From positions 13,280-77,279 of the IMG/VR virus record IMGVR_UViG_3300037487_000968: a DNA stretch of 64,000 nt; one strand, 5' to 3'. The translations under genes and the position numbers were made by a program. Shown here piece by piece: positions 1 to 9,769 of the stretch. Each line of letters starts with the position of its first letter. The first letter of the stretch is position 1. The notes under the pieces were generated by a model. That model saw only the letters and a list, made by a program, of their open reading frames with translations, did no database searches and was not told where the DNA came from. The DNA comes from a virus (Duplodnaviria > Heunggongvirae > Uroviricota > Caudoviricetes).

Positions 1-753
1 ACCAGTTCCAACTAACTTTGCTGTACCGCGTTGGCCTGTATCAGCAACTTTATTTAAGAACTTAGTTTCTTCTTCAACTTTCTTACCCTTGACTTTTTTC
101 TTTGCCTGTGCAGCAACTTCAAGCTTCTTGGCTTTTTCTTCAAGTGCTTTCTTAGCTTGTTTCTTTTCAAACATGCTTGCAACAACTTCACCAACGACTT
201 TTTCTTCGCCAGCACCGCCGAAATTAGGCATACCACCTGCTTCTGCATCTGTATCTATTGCTGGTTCGACTTCATCATCACCAAACTCGCCAGCTAAGTC
301 AGCGTGCTCGGGTTCTTGCATTTCGTCGCCCATTATTCTGTCAAAGTCTGCACGAAGATCAGCAAGTTGTGATTCTAGATCATCAACTCTCTCTTCTGTA
401 GTTTCTTCGCCACCAAATTCGTCGTCTTCACCTTCGTCGTCGAATTCACCTTCTTCGTCATCGCTATCTTCATCATCGCCGGCTTCGCCGTCGTTCTGTT
501 GATCAGCGTCTACTTCATCTTTGTCTGACGAAATTTCTTTAGTAAAATCTTGATCTGGTTCACCACCAACTTCATCGGATTCCTCTAGTTCGTCTTTTTC
601 TTCTTCAACTGCATCATCTTCTTCATCGACGATGCTTTCGTAAATAGTACGAGCTTTTTCTACGATGATTTGATGGAGAAGTTCTGATGCTTGGTCAGAA
701 TCTTCGCTTAATAGCAGATCCAAAACCTTTTCAAGTTTCTTTTGTTGTGACAT
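1..753 (-). CDS. Acidic prohead core/scaffold-like protein (runs off the left edge)
   Basis: Not in the ORF track because it is truncated. ATG at 753 follows AAGGAGA; translates MSQQKKLEKVLDLLLSEDSDQASELLHQIIVEKARTIYESIVDEEDD..., very D/E-rich and open to position 1. Lies two genes downstream of the portal, where T4-like phages place prohead core genes. Confidence 0.75.
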   Translation of the reverse strand, partial: MSQQKKLEKVLDLLLSEDSDQASELLHQIIVEKARTIYESIVDEEDDAVEEEKDELEESDEVGGEPDQDFTKEISSDKDEVDADQQNDGEAGDDEDSDDEEGEFDDEGEDDEFGGEETTEERVDDLESQLADLRADFDRIMGDEMQEPEHADLAGEFGDDEVEPAIDTDAEAGGMPNFGGAGEEKVVGEVVASMFEKKQAKKALEEKAKKLEVAAQAKKKVKGKKVEEETKFLNKVADTGQRGTAKLVGTG

Positions 754-927
754 GCCTAATCTCTCCTTGATTAATTAAAAAATATCCAATATACTATTTA
801 TTAGTATTCTAGGTATTTAACTCATTGGGGAAGATTATGGCGGGAAATGGCTGTAAAAGATGCCATTTTTTAAAAACTCATTGCGTAGAGTTATTTAGTC
901 TCTATAATAGGGAAATAAACAACTAGT

Positions 928-1155
928 TTATAGGCTTCCCATTCCACCGGCATCTGGCTCGGCAGATTGCCCATACATATCTGGTAGGAAGTTAAGATGT
1001 TGTGCCTTTTCGTACTTTTCGGCGTCGCGAGATTTTCTTAATTTTTGAATATGAAGCATAGTTAATCTCGGACGGCGAGTATCATCCATTTTTGCCTGGC
1101 CTAATTGGTCATCAGCTGGATCATAAAATTCTACTAAGATTTCTCGTGCTTGCAT
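928..1155 (-). CDS. Small head-assembly region protein, function unknown
   Basis: 75-aa ORF immediately downstream of the portal, basic core RRPRLTMLHIQKLRKSRD, GATAAATA element 5 nt upstream of the ATG. Confidence 0.65.
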   Translation of the reverse strand: MQAREILVEFYDPADDQLGQAKMDDTRRPRLTMLHIQKLRKSRDAEKYEKAQHLNFLPDMYGQSAEPDAGGMGSL

Positions 1156-1160
1156 ATTCT

Positions 1161-1168
1161 TATTTATC
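1161..1168 (-). promoter_or_regulatory. Late promoter element GATAAATA
   Basis: tatttatc on + strand, in the short gap between the portal stop and the 75-aa ORF; matches the motif found before other late genes. Confidence 0.6.
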
Positions 1169-1173
1169 TCTTA

Positions 1174-2886
1174 TCAACTTCCGAAATTATCTACTTCGGT
1201 ATCTGTTGCGCCGGTGTCTCCGCCGGGTGCTGCGCCTGCATCGGGTTCTTCACCTTCGGGTGCCATATCATCAATACCGGAACTTGTAATACCTACATCA
1301 GATAAGCCCGATGGTGCAGAACCGCCTTGTGGCTCTGGAGCAAATGTTTTAGTTAGTCTACTACGCTCTTCTTTCCACATACGTTCATTCTCAGCTATCT
1401 GTTCCTCTGACCAATGCAGATATGTCTTTAGAATATATCTCTTTGATACAAACGGTACATCCATTAATGCGGTGAATGTATTAATACGTGCAGAGTCGAG
1501 CTCAAGCTGTCTATATTCTGAGAACGATTGCGGTGGAGTAAATTCTAATTCAAATAAACTATTATCAATTGTAATACCGCGGAACTTTAAGAATAACTTA
1601 AATTCCATATCAATTGGTTCAATAACCTGCTGTTGATACCGTGTAACAACTTTAGAAAAACGAAACTCTTGAATAAATGCTGTGCCAATTTTGCCATCGC
1701 TCATTGCTGCTGTTCCATCTTCCGGTCCTGTCGGCAAGTACGAACTAGGGACTCCAAGGGCACGAAGCATCTTGTTATTGAAATAACGCAAGTCGTCAAT
1801 ATCACCCAGATTTTCACCACCTGGCAATACTTCAACTTTAGAACCACGTCCTTCGCTTGTTACAGCAAAGAAGTAATCTTCTAAAATAGACATAGGATTA
1901 TATGTAGAGTCAACTACATTAGCACCGCCGCCGGTTCTACTCGGAATACGTTTTTGTTGCACTTCGTAGCGAATACGCTCAAGGTACTGTTGCGCCTTAT
2001 TTGGTGGCATAGTACCAACATCAATAAAGAACATACGGCGCTCTGGCGCACGATGTATGCGATAGATTAAGATAGCATCTTCTATAAGCTCTTTCTGCTT
2101 ATAAACTTTGTATATTTGCTCTAGTATGCTAAGGCCGAAGGGCCACGCTGCATTCATGCCGTCTGTAAGCGATAATTGTACAATATGTTCGGCATCTACT
2201 GCTGTAGCACCACCGTCTTGATAATTTGCTGTTCCGGCACCGCCATATCCACCGGATACATAATTCATATTACCTTGCATAGGTGGGGAAAATATAATAC
2301 TATTGGAACCAAATGCTTCGTTTGAAAGCTTATTAAGTTGATTTGTACCAACTAAACTCTTCATATTAAGATCGATATCTTTAATAAAATAGCTTTCAAT
2401 CTTTTTGCCATCGCTTTCATTCACAATAACTTTTTCTACTTTAGCAGGATCAACCCAGTAAAGTTTAAAGGATTCGGGATCACGCAAGAAGAATTGATCA
2501 CCATAAACTAATACAGAACGAAACATTCTCCATAGTCTACGATTGATTTTATTAAGTCTACACCACTGACCTAACGATTTTTCTAATATCTGAATTTCAG
2601 AGGGAGTAGGATCATCATTAAATTTAATAACAAGTGGTAGTTTAGATATTTCGTCACATTCTGTCCCGAAGTCAGCAATTGTGTCAATTGCTGCACTAAT
2701 TTCGTGATCATAATTCATTTGATCATATACAGCATATCGCTGTAAACGATCTGGCGGGCCAGAATATACTTCTGGTAACCAATTACTATATTTTGCCGTA
2801 GAAGCATAAGCAGATGTACCGTTGACAGCTCTCTGTGCTACAGGGAGGACTGAATTAACAGGGCGAAAAAACTTTTTCCAAGTCAC
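1174..2886 (-). CDS. gp20: Portal protein, T4 gp20-like
   Basis: Hallmark motifs IYRIHRAPERRMFFIDVGTMP..KAQQYL and EDYFF...EGRGSKVEVLPGGENLGDIDDLRYFNNKM..ALGVP; 570 aa. Confidence 0.95.
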   Translation of the reverse strand: MTWKKFFRPVNSVLPVAQRAVNGTSAYASTAKYSNWLPEVYSGPPDRLQRYAVYDQMNYDHEISAAIDTIADFGTECDEISKLPLVIKFNDDPTPSEIQILEKSLGQWCRLNKINRRLWRMFRSVLVYGDQFFLRDPESFKLYWVDPAKVEKVIVNESDGKKIESYFIKDIDLNMKSLVGTNQLNKLSNEAFGSNSIIFSPPMQGNMNYVSGGYGGAGTANYQDGGATAVDAEHIVQLSLTDGMNAAWPFGLSILEQIYKVYKQKELIEDAILIYRIHRAPERRMFFIDVGTMPPNKAQQYLERIRYEVQQKRIPSRTGGGANVVDSTYNPMSILEDYFFAVTSEGRGSKVEVLPGGENLGDIDDLRYFNNKMLRALGVPSSYLPTGPEDGTAAMSDGKIGTAFIQEFRFSKVVTRYQQQVIEPIDMEFKLFLKFRGITIDNSLFELEFTPPQSFSEYRQLELDSARINTFTALMDVPFVSKRYILKTYLHWSEEQIAENERMWKEERSRLTKTFAPEPQGGSAPSGLSDVGITSSGIDDMAPEGEEPDAGAAPGGDTGATDTEVDNFGS

Positions 2887-2890
2887 GATA

Positions 2891-3409
2891 TTATCCTTTA
2901 TTTCTTAAATTTTGTGCATCACGTCTTGCCTGTGTCCACGGTTTGCCTTTTTTAGTGATAGATATTTTTATATAACGGCCATCATCTTTTCTTCCAATAT
3001 TTGCCTGACGAACTTTTTCAGCATGTTCTGCTGTTTTCGTCCCTTTATAATTTGCTCTTTGTTCTTCTGTCCTAATTTTTCCTAAGTTTCCTAGAGAAAT
3101 TTTTAATTTTGTTTCTTCGTTCTGTTTCTTTCCTAACATGCCTCTAGGACTTGCATGTCCGCCGTGAATTTTATTTTCAAGAATACCAGTACCATCAATT
3201 AATAATCCAAATTTTTCTGTAAGTTGTCGTTCTAATACCAATGCATCAACTTCTGTCATACATTCTTGTATAAATTGTCTAAATGCTCTCTTAGGTAATT
3301 TATACCCAGGATGTGGATCATTAACTCGTGTACCGTGTCCATACCCAATATAGTATGGAGATCCATCTTCTCGAATGTATTGATAGACATAAAAAATAGT
3401 TTCCGACAT
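2891..3409 (-). CDS. Free-standing GIY-YIG homing endonuclease with NUMOD3-type repeats
   Basis: N-terminal FYVYQY...PYYIGYG bipartite motif; C-terminal GKKQNEETKLKIS / RTEEQRA / KTAEHAEKV repeats; inserted between tape measure and portal genes. Confidence 0.8.
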   Translation of the reverse strand: MSETIFYVYQYIREDGSPYYIGYGHGTRVNDPHPGYKLPKRAFRQFIQECMTEVDALVLERQLTEKFGLLIDGTGILENKIHGGHASPRGMLGKKQNEETKLKISLGNLGKIRTEEQRANYKGTKTAEHAEKVRQANIGRKDDGRYIKISITKKGKPWTQARRDAQNLRNKG

Positions 3410-3410
3410 A

Positions 3411-6400
3411 TTATGCTTGTACTCTTGCGTATTTTAGGATATCTTTATTAACTGATACTAAGTTATTTGTACTTAGTAGAAGTTGCTCTAATAACGAACT
3501 TTGATAACCAAGTGCAGTATTTATGCCTGTGTCGGCACTTGTCTTCTCTATTCCGGCGCCGTTTGCTTGTATACTCTCTTTTGGTGTTGCTTGCTCACCT
3601 TTAGAACCCTCTGCTGTCGATACTTGAGACGGACTGTTAAGTTCGGATGCCTTTGGTGTATTTGGCGTGCTCACACCTGCAGTTGATGTTGGTGCCGGCA
3701 GAGATACTGATCCTATCTTAGCTAATGCGCCAAATGCTAATGCTTTTACTATATCAATACCATTAATGGTTTCTACAATAGATTTTAATGTATCTAGTCC
3801 TGTAAATGCGCCCAATGAACCCGACAATGTATCTAATCCCGTTGATAATGAAATAAATGCGTTAGCTGAAGATTCTAATCCCGGTGCAAGGACAGATAAT
3901 ACCGATGATAAAATTTGTATTCCACTACCGGCAATACCAGCGGCTAATCCAAATGCTAATAATGCCATAGCACTTATATCGGTTAGTGCTGTTATACCAA
4001 GCGCAACATCTGTTAAACTTTCTCCATCTAATTCACCTAGTGGAACTAAACCTGCTGCCAATTCTGCTATTCCCGGTGCCGCAATACCAGCTGTCACCCC
4101 AAATGCTAATAACGCTACAGCACTTATATCAGTTAATGCTTTTATTCCCGGTGCAATACTTAATAAACTACTAGCATCTAATTCACCTAGTGGAACTAAA
4201 CCTGCTGCCAATTCTGCTATTCCCGGTGCCGCAATACCAGCGGCTAATCCAAATGCTAATAATGCCATAGCACTTATATCAGTTAATGCTTTTATTCCCG
4301 GTGCAATACTTAATAAACTACTAGCATCTAATTCACCTAGTGGTACTAGACCTGCTGCCAATTCGATTATGCCAGGTGCGGCCGTACCAGCTGCCAATCC
4401 AAATGCTAATAGTTTTATAGCATTTATATTAGATAAAGCGTCAATACCGGGCACGACACCTAATAAACTCTCGCCATCTAGTTCACCAATTGGAACTAGA
4501 CCTGCTGCTAATTCTGCTATTCCAGGACCAGCAATACCAGCAGCTAATCCAAATGCTAATAATGCTATAGCACTTATATCAGCTAATGCTTCTATTCCAG
4601 GCGCGACACCTAATAAACTCTCGCCATCTAGTTCACCAATTGGGACTAAACCTTCTGCTAATATACTTATTCCAGGCCCAGCAATACCAGCAGCTAACCC
4701 AAATGCTAATAGTTTCATAGCATTTATATTAGACAACGAATTTATGCCAACTGAATTAACTATTAATGCAATACCGTTTAATTTACTAAGTGGTACAAGA
4801 CCTGCTGCTAATTCTGCTATTCCAGGACCAGCAATACCAGCAGCTAATCCAAACGCCATCAGCTTTATGGCATTTATATTAGACAACGAATCTATACCTA
4901 TTGCATTAATTATTAATGCAACACCGTCTACTTTACTAAGTGGTACTAATCCTGTTGCTAATTCGATTATACCAGGTGCTGAAATACTAGCGGCTAACCC
5001 GAATGCCATTAACCGTATGGCATTTATATTAGATAATAAATTTATACCAATGGCATTAAGTATCAATGCAACACCATCTATTTTACCAAGTGGTACTAGA
5101 CCTGCTGCGAGTAATTTTATTCCTTCGCCTGCTTTATCACCTACATATCCTAACCCTAGTAATCCAATTACGCTCACACTTGAAAGTTCATTTATACCCA
5201 TTGCAACTGTGAATAAATTAAATCCATCTATTTCGTTGAGTATAGCAAGACCTTCTGCTAATGCTTTTATACCGGGTGCAGCAACTAATGCCGAAAGGCC
5301 AAATGCCATTAATTTAATTTTGCCGGCAGCGGTTAATGCATCTATACCTTTTGCAAGACTAGCTAGATTTGCACCTTTTAATGGCTCTAATAATGCGAGA
5401 CCTTCTGCTAATAGTTTTATACCCGGTCCTGCAACTAGTGCTGCTATACCAAACGCTAATAACCCTGGAGCACCTATTAATAACCCAATAGATGCAAGGC
5501 CTGCTGCTGCACCTAATGCTATTAAACCTCCGGCAACTTTAAGCATATCAGTGAATCCAATGCCGGCAAAAGCTTGCATGCCTTCGCCTATTAATTTAAG
5601 GCCATATCCTACACCAATTATTCCGGGTGTGGCTATTAATGCTGCTGTACCTAAAGCTAATAATCCTGCTGATGCTATCAACATAAACGGTAATGCTATT
5701 GCAAGAGTGACAGCTAATGCAGCAATACCTGCGCCTACTCCTACTAATCCTACAAACCCTACAGTGGCAAGATTTGAAATTGCTTCGCTCATTATTTTAA
5801 ATGCAAGACTAACACCGAGTAATCCGGGTGTAGCTATTAATGCTGCTACACCTATTGCTATTAAACCTACTGACCCTGCTATTAAAAACGGAGTTGCTAA
5901 TGCTAATGCAATAGATAACCCTGTTAATCCTACTGCCATGCCTAATAAACCTGCAACACCTATTGCACTAAGTTTTTCAAGGCTCGATGATAACATCATT
6001 AAGCCCGGGCTGGCTATTAATGCAGCCACACCTAGTGCTGTTAATCCAACTGAACTTACTACCAATAACGGTGCTGCCAATCCTAGTGCAACACCAAACA
6101 TAGTTAATGATGCTGCCACACCTAATAAATCGTTTGCTTTAATGTCTGTGAGTGACTTTAATCCCCATGCTAACATTTTAATTGGTATAGCGGCAACTAA
6201 TGCTGCTGCACCAAAAACTATTAATCCAGGTGCTGCCATTATCAACAGAGGTGTTGCTAATATAAGAGCCGCAGCAAGGCTAGATATTCCTAAAGCAATA
6301 CCTGCTATTTGCAACCCACTAATTTCACTTAATCCTTTAAGACCTTGTGCTAATAAAGCTATTCCGGGACCTGCCACTAGTGATGCTGCGCCTAACGCTA

Positions 6401-8606
6401 ATAATCCTATTGATCCTATTATTAAAGCTGGTGCTGCAATTGATAGTCCTACACCGAGTCCTATAAGGGCTGCTGTAATACCTAATATCTGCATACCACT
6501 AACATTTTTTAAAGAATCTAATCCTTTACCTAACATTTCGAAACCCGAACCGATCGATTGTATGCCGGCACCCAATAGCCAAAGAGATGCACCCATTACT
6601 GCTAATGCAGCGGCACCTGCTAATATAGCAACAGTTCCTACGCCGGTGCTCATTATAGCACCTAATCCCATTACGGCTAATGTTAAGCCTACTATAGCCA
6701 CGCCTGCTTTTGCTAAATCTTCCCAACTTACTTTAGTAAATTCAGCGACTGCTTTTCCTGTAATCCATAGAGCGGCTGCAATACCCGCTAATGCAGACAC
6801 ACCTAATAAAACTTTTGGATTGCCTAATGCTTTTAATCCATCTGCTAATCCTATTAAAAATCCTTTAACACCTTTACCTAATCCTTTACCAATATCGCCA
6901 ATACCTTTGCCAATCTTACCCATTAGGTTACTGCCTTTACTACTCTTACCACCGGCGCGATCTGCTAAACTTTCAGTGACATGTGTTGTACCTTTCTTAC
7001 CTGCTCCACCAAATGCCTTAGCCTTCATTGCCGATGTAATAGCAGTTAATGCAGTACCGAATAAATCTAAACTCTTATATAACGCAATACCTATAACTCC
7101 GATACCTATCCAGGCAGTTAAATCGATGCCATCCGCGACACCGAATACTTTTAATACCGCTGATAGCCCGTCTGATAATTTATTGAATCCCCAAATAATA
7201 AATTCTAGTGGTGCTATTATAAGTTTCAAAACAGTAGTAAGTGCATTTAACATGGTAGCGGTTGGGCCAAATGCTCTTTGTAATAGAGATTTAAGATTTT
7301 CCCATGCTGTTGCAAGGTCTTTACTTGCCTTATTACTTGCCATTAATCGCTGTACTTCTTCTTCTTTAAGCGGTTTAATTGCATCTGCCTGCTGTGTTAA
7401 TCCTACAATAAAATCTAATGATGCCCCAGCGCCTTCAACACCGGCTTGCTTTAGCATATTTAATCGTTGCTTTTCTGCTTCAAGTTCGCCGCGATGTGCT
7501 TTTATATATTCTTTCATTTGTTGAGCTTGCATTTCTTCAGGCATGCCTTTCAGCCCTTCAGCAAAGGAAGCAAATGATTGGGCAAACCCACCCATACCTA
7601 CTTTCTGAAGATTCATAAATGTTTCATTCAGTGGTTTAATAGGGTCTGTCATTAATTTTAAGATCTGCTTTGCTATATTTTGATCTTTAAACGATGATAA
7701 GAAAGCACCAACTCCTTGCGCTGCTTTGCTGCCAATTTGCCCATTCAATAAGTTTGCCTCAGTGCTCTTCGAAATTGATTCTATGTTGGCCATAATAGCC
7801 GCCCGAGACATCCCAGTAGCCATTGTTAATCTAAAAATACCTGCGCCGAACTTTTGTAAGCCTTCTGATGTTTCGGCAGCAGTTTTAAGATTTACATCTG
7901 CTGAATTCTGCTGCACACTTAAATATGAACCTAATAGATCAGCAGATTCCTTACTTGAAAATCCAAATTGAGTTAAATTAGCACTTGCCATACCTACTGT
8001 CTTAGCAAATTTTCCAACACCGAAAGAATTTACAGAGGAACTATACTTCGCCATTGATGCTGCAAGTTCTGTGAATCTAACCCCCGTTTCTGCTGTAAGT
8101 TGGCGCAATGATTGAAAACCATCCTTGGCTCCAGCAAATCCACTTATAACATTAACACCAGCAGCAGTTAGCTCATCAAATGTTTTTACATTATCTTCAA
8201 AAGCCTGCTTAATTGCTAGGCCAGATTTAATTATAGCAGAATTAAGAAATATTTGACTGTCAAAGTTATCTTTTTCTGATCTCCAACGCTTCTTTTGTCT
8301 TTTAGATTCTTCATCTACTTCTCTATTACGTTTTTTACGTCTAGGATCTTCGGATTCCAAATCTTTAATTAATTTTTCAAGTTCGGTCCTTGCCTTCTTC
8401 ATATCCTCCGGCGTAAGACCGGTACCGCCTGCTGTGGCTGTTTTTAATAATTGAGCAAATGTTTTGGAGTGAATTCCGAGAGATTTTCTGAGAATGGCTT
8501 CTATTGACTCTGATGTCTTTTCAGTAGCCCACGGAGGAAGTTTCTCTAATTCATCAGAAATTGCACCTTCTGCAATGCCAGTAATATAAACAGAATTATC
8601 AGCCAT
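3411..8606 (-). CDS. Tail tape measure protein
   Basis: 1731 aa, helical N-terminus, long Ala/Gly/Leu/Ile-rich repetitive region, located next to tail chaperone-like genes. Confidence 0.85.
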   Translation of the reverse strand: MADNSVYITGIAEGAISDELEKLPPWATEKTSESIEAILRKSLGIHSKTFAQLLKTATAGGTGLTPEDMKKARTELEKLIKDLESEDPRRKKRNREVDEESKRQKKRWRSEKDNFDSQIFLNSAIIKSGLAIKQAFEDNVKTFDELTAAGVNVISGFAGAKDGFQSLRQLTAETGVRFTELAASMAKYSSSVNSFGVGKFAKTVGMASANLTQFGFSSKESADLLGSYLSVQQNSADVNLKTAAETSEGLQKFGAGIFRLTMATGMSRAAIMANIESISKSTEANLLNGQIGSKAAQGVGAFLSSFKDQNIAKQILKLMTDPIKPLNETFMNLQKVGMGGFAQSFASFAEGLKGMPEEMQAQQMKEYIKAHRGELEAEKQRLNMLKQAGVEGAGASLDFIVGLTQQADAIKPLKEEEVQRLMASNKASKDLATAWENLKSLLQRAFGPTATMLNALTTVLKLIIAPLEFIIWGFNKLSDGLSAVLKVFGVADGIDLTAWIGIGVIGIALYKSLDLFGTALTAITSAMKAKAFGGAGKKGTTHVTESLADRAGGKSSKGSNLMGKIGKGIGDIGKGLGKGVKGFLIGLADGLKALGNPKVLLGVSALAGIAAALWITGKAVAEFTKVSWEDLAKAGVAIVGLTLAVMGLGAIMSTGVGTVAILAGAAALAVMGASLWLLGAGIQSIGSGFEMLGKGLDSLKNVSGMQILGITAALIGLGVGLSIAAPALIIGSIGLLALGAASLVAGPGIALLAQGLKGLSEISGLQIAGIALGISSLAAALILATPLLIMAAPGLIVFGAAALVAAIPIKMLAWGLKSLTDIKANDLLGVAASLTMFGVALGLAAPLLVVSSVGLTALGVAALIASPGLMMLSSSLEKLSAIGVAGLLGMAVGLTGLSIALALATPFLIAGSVGLIAIGVAALIATPGLLGVSLAFKIMSEAISNLATVGFVGLVGVGAGIAALAVTLAIALPFMLIASAGLLALGTAALIATPGIIGVGYGLKLIGEGMQAFAGIGFTDMLKVAGGLIALGAAAGLASIGLLIGAPGLLAFGIAALVAGPGIKLLAEGLALLEPLKGANLASLAKGIDALTAAGKIKLMAFGLSALVAAPGIKALAEGLAILNEIDGFNLFTVAMGINELSSVSVIGLLGLGYVGDKAGEGIKLLAAGLVPLGKIDGVALILNAIGINLLSNINAIRLMAFGLAASISAPGIIELATGLVPLSKVDGVALIINAIGIDSLSNINAIKLMAFGLAAGIAGPGIAELAAGLVPLSKLNGIALIVNSVGINSLSNINAMKLLAFGLAAGIAGPGISILAEGLVPIGELDGESLLGVAPGIEALADISAIALLAFGLAAGIAGPGIAELAAGLVPIGELDGESLLGVVPGIDALSNINAIKLLAFGLAAGTAAPGIIELAAGLVPLGELDASSLLSIAPGIKALTDISAMALLAFGLAAGIAAPGIAELAAGLVPLGELDASSLLSIAPGIKALTDISAVALLAFGVTAGIAAPGIAELAAGLVPLGELDGESLTDVALGITALTDISAMALLAFGLAAGIAGSGIQILSSVLSVLAPGLESSANAFISLSTGLDTLSGSLGAFTGLDTLKSIVETINGIDIVKALAFGALAKIGSVSLPAPTSTAGVSTPNTPKASELNSPSQVSTAEGSKGEQATPKESIQANGAGIEKTSADTGINTALGYQSSLLEQLLLSTNNLVSVNKDILKYARVQA
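3911..5410 (-). repeat. About ten tandem 150-bp (50-aa) repeats inside the tape measure gene
   Basis: cct(g/t)(c/t)tgc recurs at 4051, 4201, 4351, 4501, 4651, 4801, 4951, 5101, 5251 and 5401; unit resembles LAAGLVPLGELDASSLLSIAPGIKALTDISAMALLAFGLAAGIAAPGIAE. Confidence 0.9.
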
Positions 8607-8629
8607 ATGTTTCTTTGATTAAGTCCCGT

Positions 8630-8665
8630 GATAAATAAGATAAATAGTATTCGATACTATTTATC
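8630..8665. promoter_or_regulatory. Divergent late promoters forming a perfect 12-bp inverted repeat
   Basis: GATAAATAGTAT (8639-8650) TCG ATACTATTTATC (8654-8665), plus another GATAAATA at 8630-8637, between the divergent tape measure and chaperone genes. Confidence 0.75.
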
Positions 8666-8687
8666 AAATATTTTAAGAGGAAGAATT

Positions 8688-9533
8688 ATGGAAAAATTAA
8701 CACACCAAAATCCGTTAAAAGGATATTTCAGACAATATAAACTATTTCTAAAATTGCCAAGTGGTACATCTTATTATGCGCCTAACGTAGTAAAATTCAC
8801 CGATACAGGCGAAATTGGCATTATGCCTATGACTGGTAAGGATGAACTTATTTTAAAAAATCCAGATGCATTATTAAACGGTGAAGCATTAACAGAAGTT
8901 ATTAAAAGTTGTGTTCCCGAAGTTAGCGATCCACGATCATTATTAACAAATGACATCGATGCATTGATTACGGCTATTCGGTATGCTACATATAATGATG
9001 CACTAGAAACAGAATTGGCATGCCCAGCCTGCAGTCATAAAAATCTATTTAAGTTAGATTTGCAGTATTCACTAGATAATATGTCTTTCTTGGATTCAGA
9101 ATATGTTGTTAACCTAGATAGCGGATTGAGTGTGTTTGTTAAACCGTACGGTTTCCCCGAATTATTAAAGGGATTACATGCACAATTTGAGCAGAGTAAA
9201 TTGACTCGTGCAATCGAAAATGAAAATATTACCGAAGATCAAAGAATGAAACTATTTGCTACAGCATTTAAGGAACTTTCAGTCATTACATATGCGCTAA
9301 TGGTAAATTCTGTACTAAAGGTTGTAGATGAAAGTAAAAATATTAATGTAACTAATAAAGACGATATTAAGGAATTCTTACAAAATATTGATAAGAAGAG
9401 CAGTGATAAAATTTCTGATTTGATTAAAGAAATAAATCAGATTGGTATCAAGAGATCATTTACAGCCGTGTGTGATAAGTGCAAGCATAGTTGGGAAAGT
9501 GAGGTTGATTTTAATCCTGTAAATTTTTCATAA
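8688..9533 (+). CDS. Baseplate hub assembly / tail assembly chaperone, T4 gp26-like
   Basis: ATG at 8688 after AAGAGGAAG; LKLPSG, MTGKDELILKNPDALLNG, DIDAL..AIR, two CxxC pairs (CPAC, CDKC), ends DFNPVNFS. Confidence 0.75.
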   Translation: MEKLTHQNPLKGYFRQYKLFLKLPSGTSYYAPNVVKFTDTGEIGIMPMTGKDELILKNPDALLNGEALTEVIKSCVPEVSDPRSLLTNDIDALITAIRYATYNDALETELACPACSHKNLFKLDLQYSLDNMSFLDSEYVVNLDSGLSVFVKPYGFPELLKGLHAQFEQSKLTRAIENENITEDQRMKLFATAFKELSVITYALMVNSVLKVVDESKNINVTNKDDIKEFLQNIDKKSSDKISDLIKEINQIGIKRSFTAVCDKCKHSWESEVDFNPVNFS

Positions 9534-9538
9534 GGTCC

Positions 9539-9760
9539 TTGATTTTTCTACCTTCCGATAAATTAGGTGACCTAATCCAATCTTATACTAGAGAGGCATT
9601 AGTGTTGAAAGAGCAAATAACCGACATATGCTTCTTTATGAAGGGTGGGATTGAATGGAATTCAGCTTGGGGTATGAGTTTTGAAGATAGAGAGATTGCT
9701 ATTCGAACTATCAATAAGCGATTAAAAGAACAGAACCCAGGTGGTAAGGAATACATGTAA
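9539..9760 (+). CDS. Small tail chaperone extension, probably reached by -1 frameshift from the upstream gene
   Basis: TTG start without a well-spaced SD; lies in the -1 frame of the upstream ORF, directly after slippery A_AAT_TTT at 9521-9527; ICFFMKGGIEWNSAWGMSFEDRE segment. Confidence 0.65.
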   Translation: MIFLPSDKLGDLIQSYTREALVLKEQITDICFFMKGGIEWNSAWGMSFEDREIAIRTINKRLKEQNPGGKEYM

Positions 9761-9769
9761 GGAATAATT

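Noticed and set aside
54-502. ORF-track entries 54..248(-) and 89..502(+)
   Set aside because: Shadows of the real acidic CDS 753->1 on the - strand.
845-871. AAATGGC/GCCATTT hairpin followed by a T-run
   Set aside because: Terminator-like only on the + strand while flanking genes are on the - strand; the stem is short with a 10-nt loop, too weak to call.
3911-5410. Regular repeats considered as a CRISPR array
   Set aside because: Units are contiguous, in-frame 150-bp coding repeats without unique spacers, and no cas genes are present.
3667-7524. 1285-aa antisense ORF over the tape measure gene
   Set aside because: In this register a stop needs a Tyr, His or Gln codon on the coding strand, and these are nearly absent from the hydrophobic repeat region. 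The product is a low-complexity Pro/Ala/Asn/Ile mirror with no credible start signal.
8628-8687. Upstream GTG start of the gp26-like ORF in the track
   Set aside because: It overlaps the promoter palindrome; ATG 8688 has a good SD. Similar start corrections were applied at 13340, 14504, 18997, 43345, 52592 and 58718.
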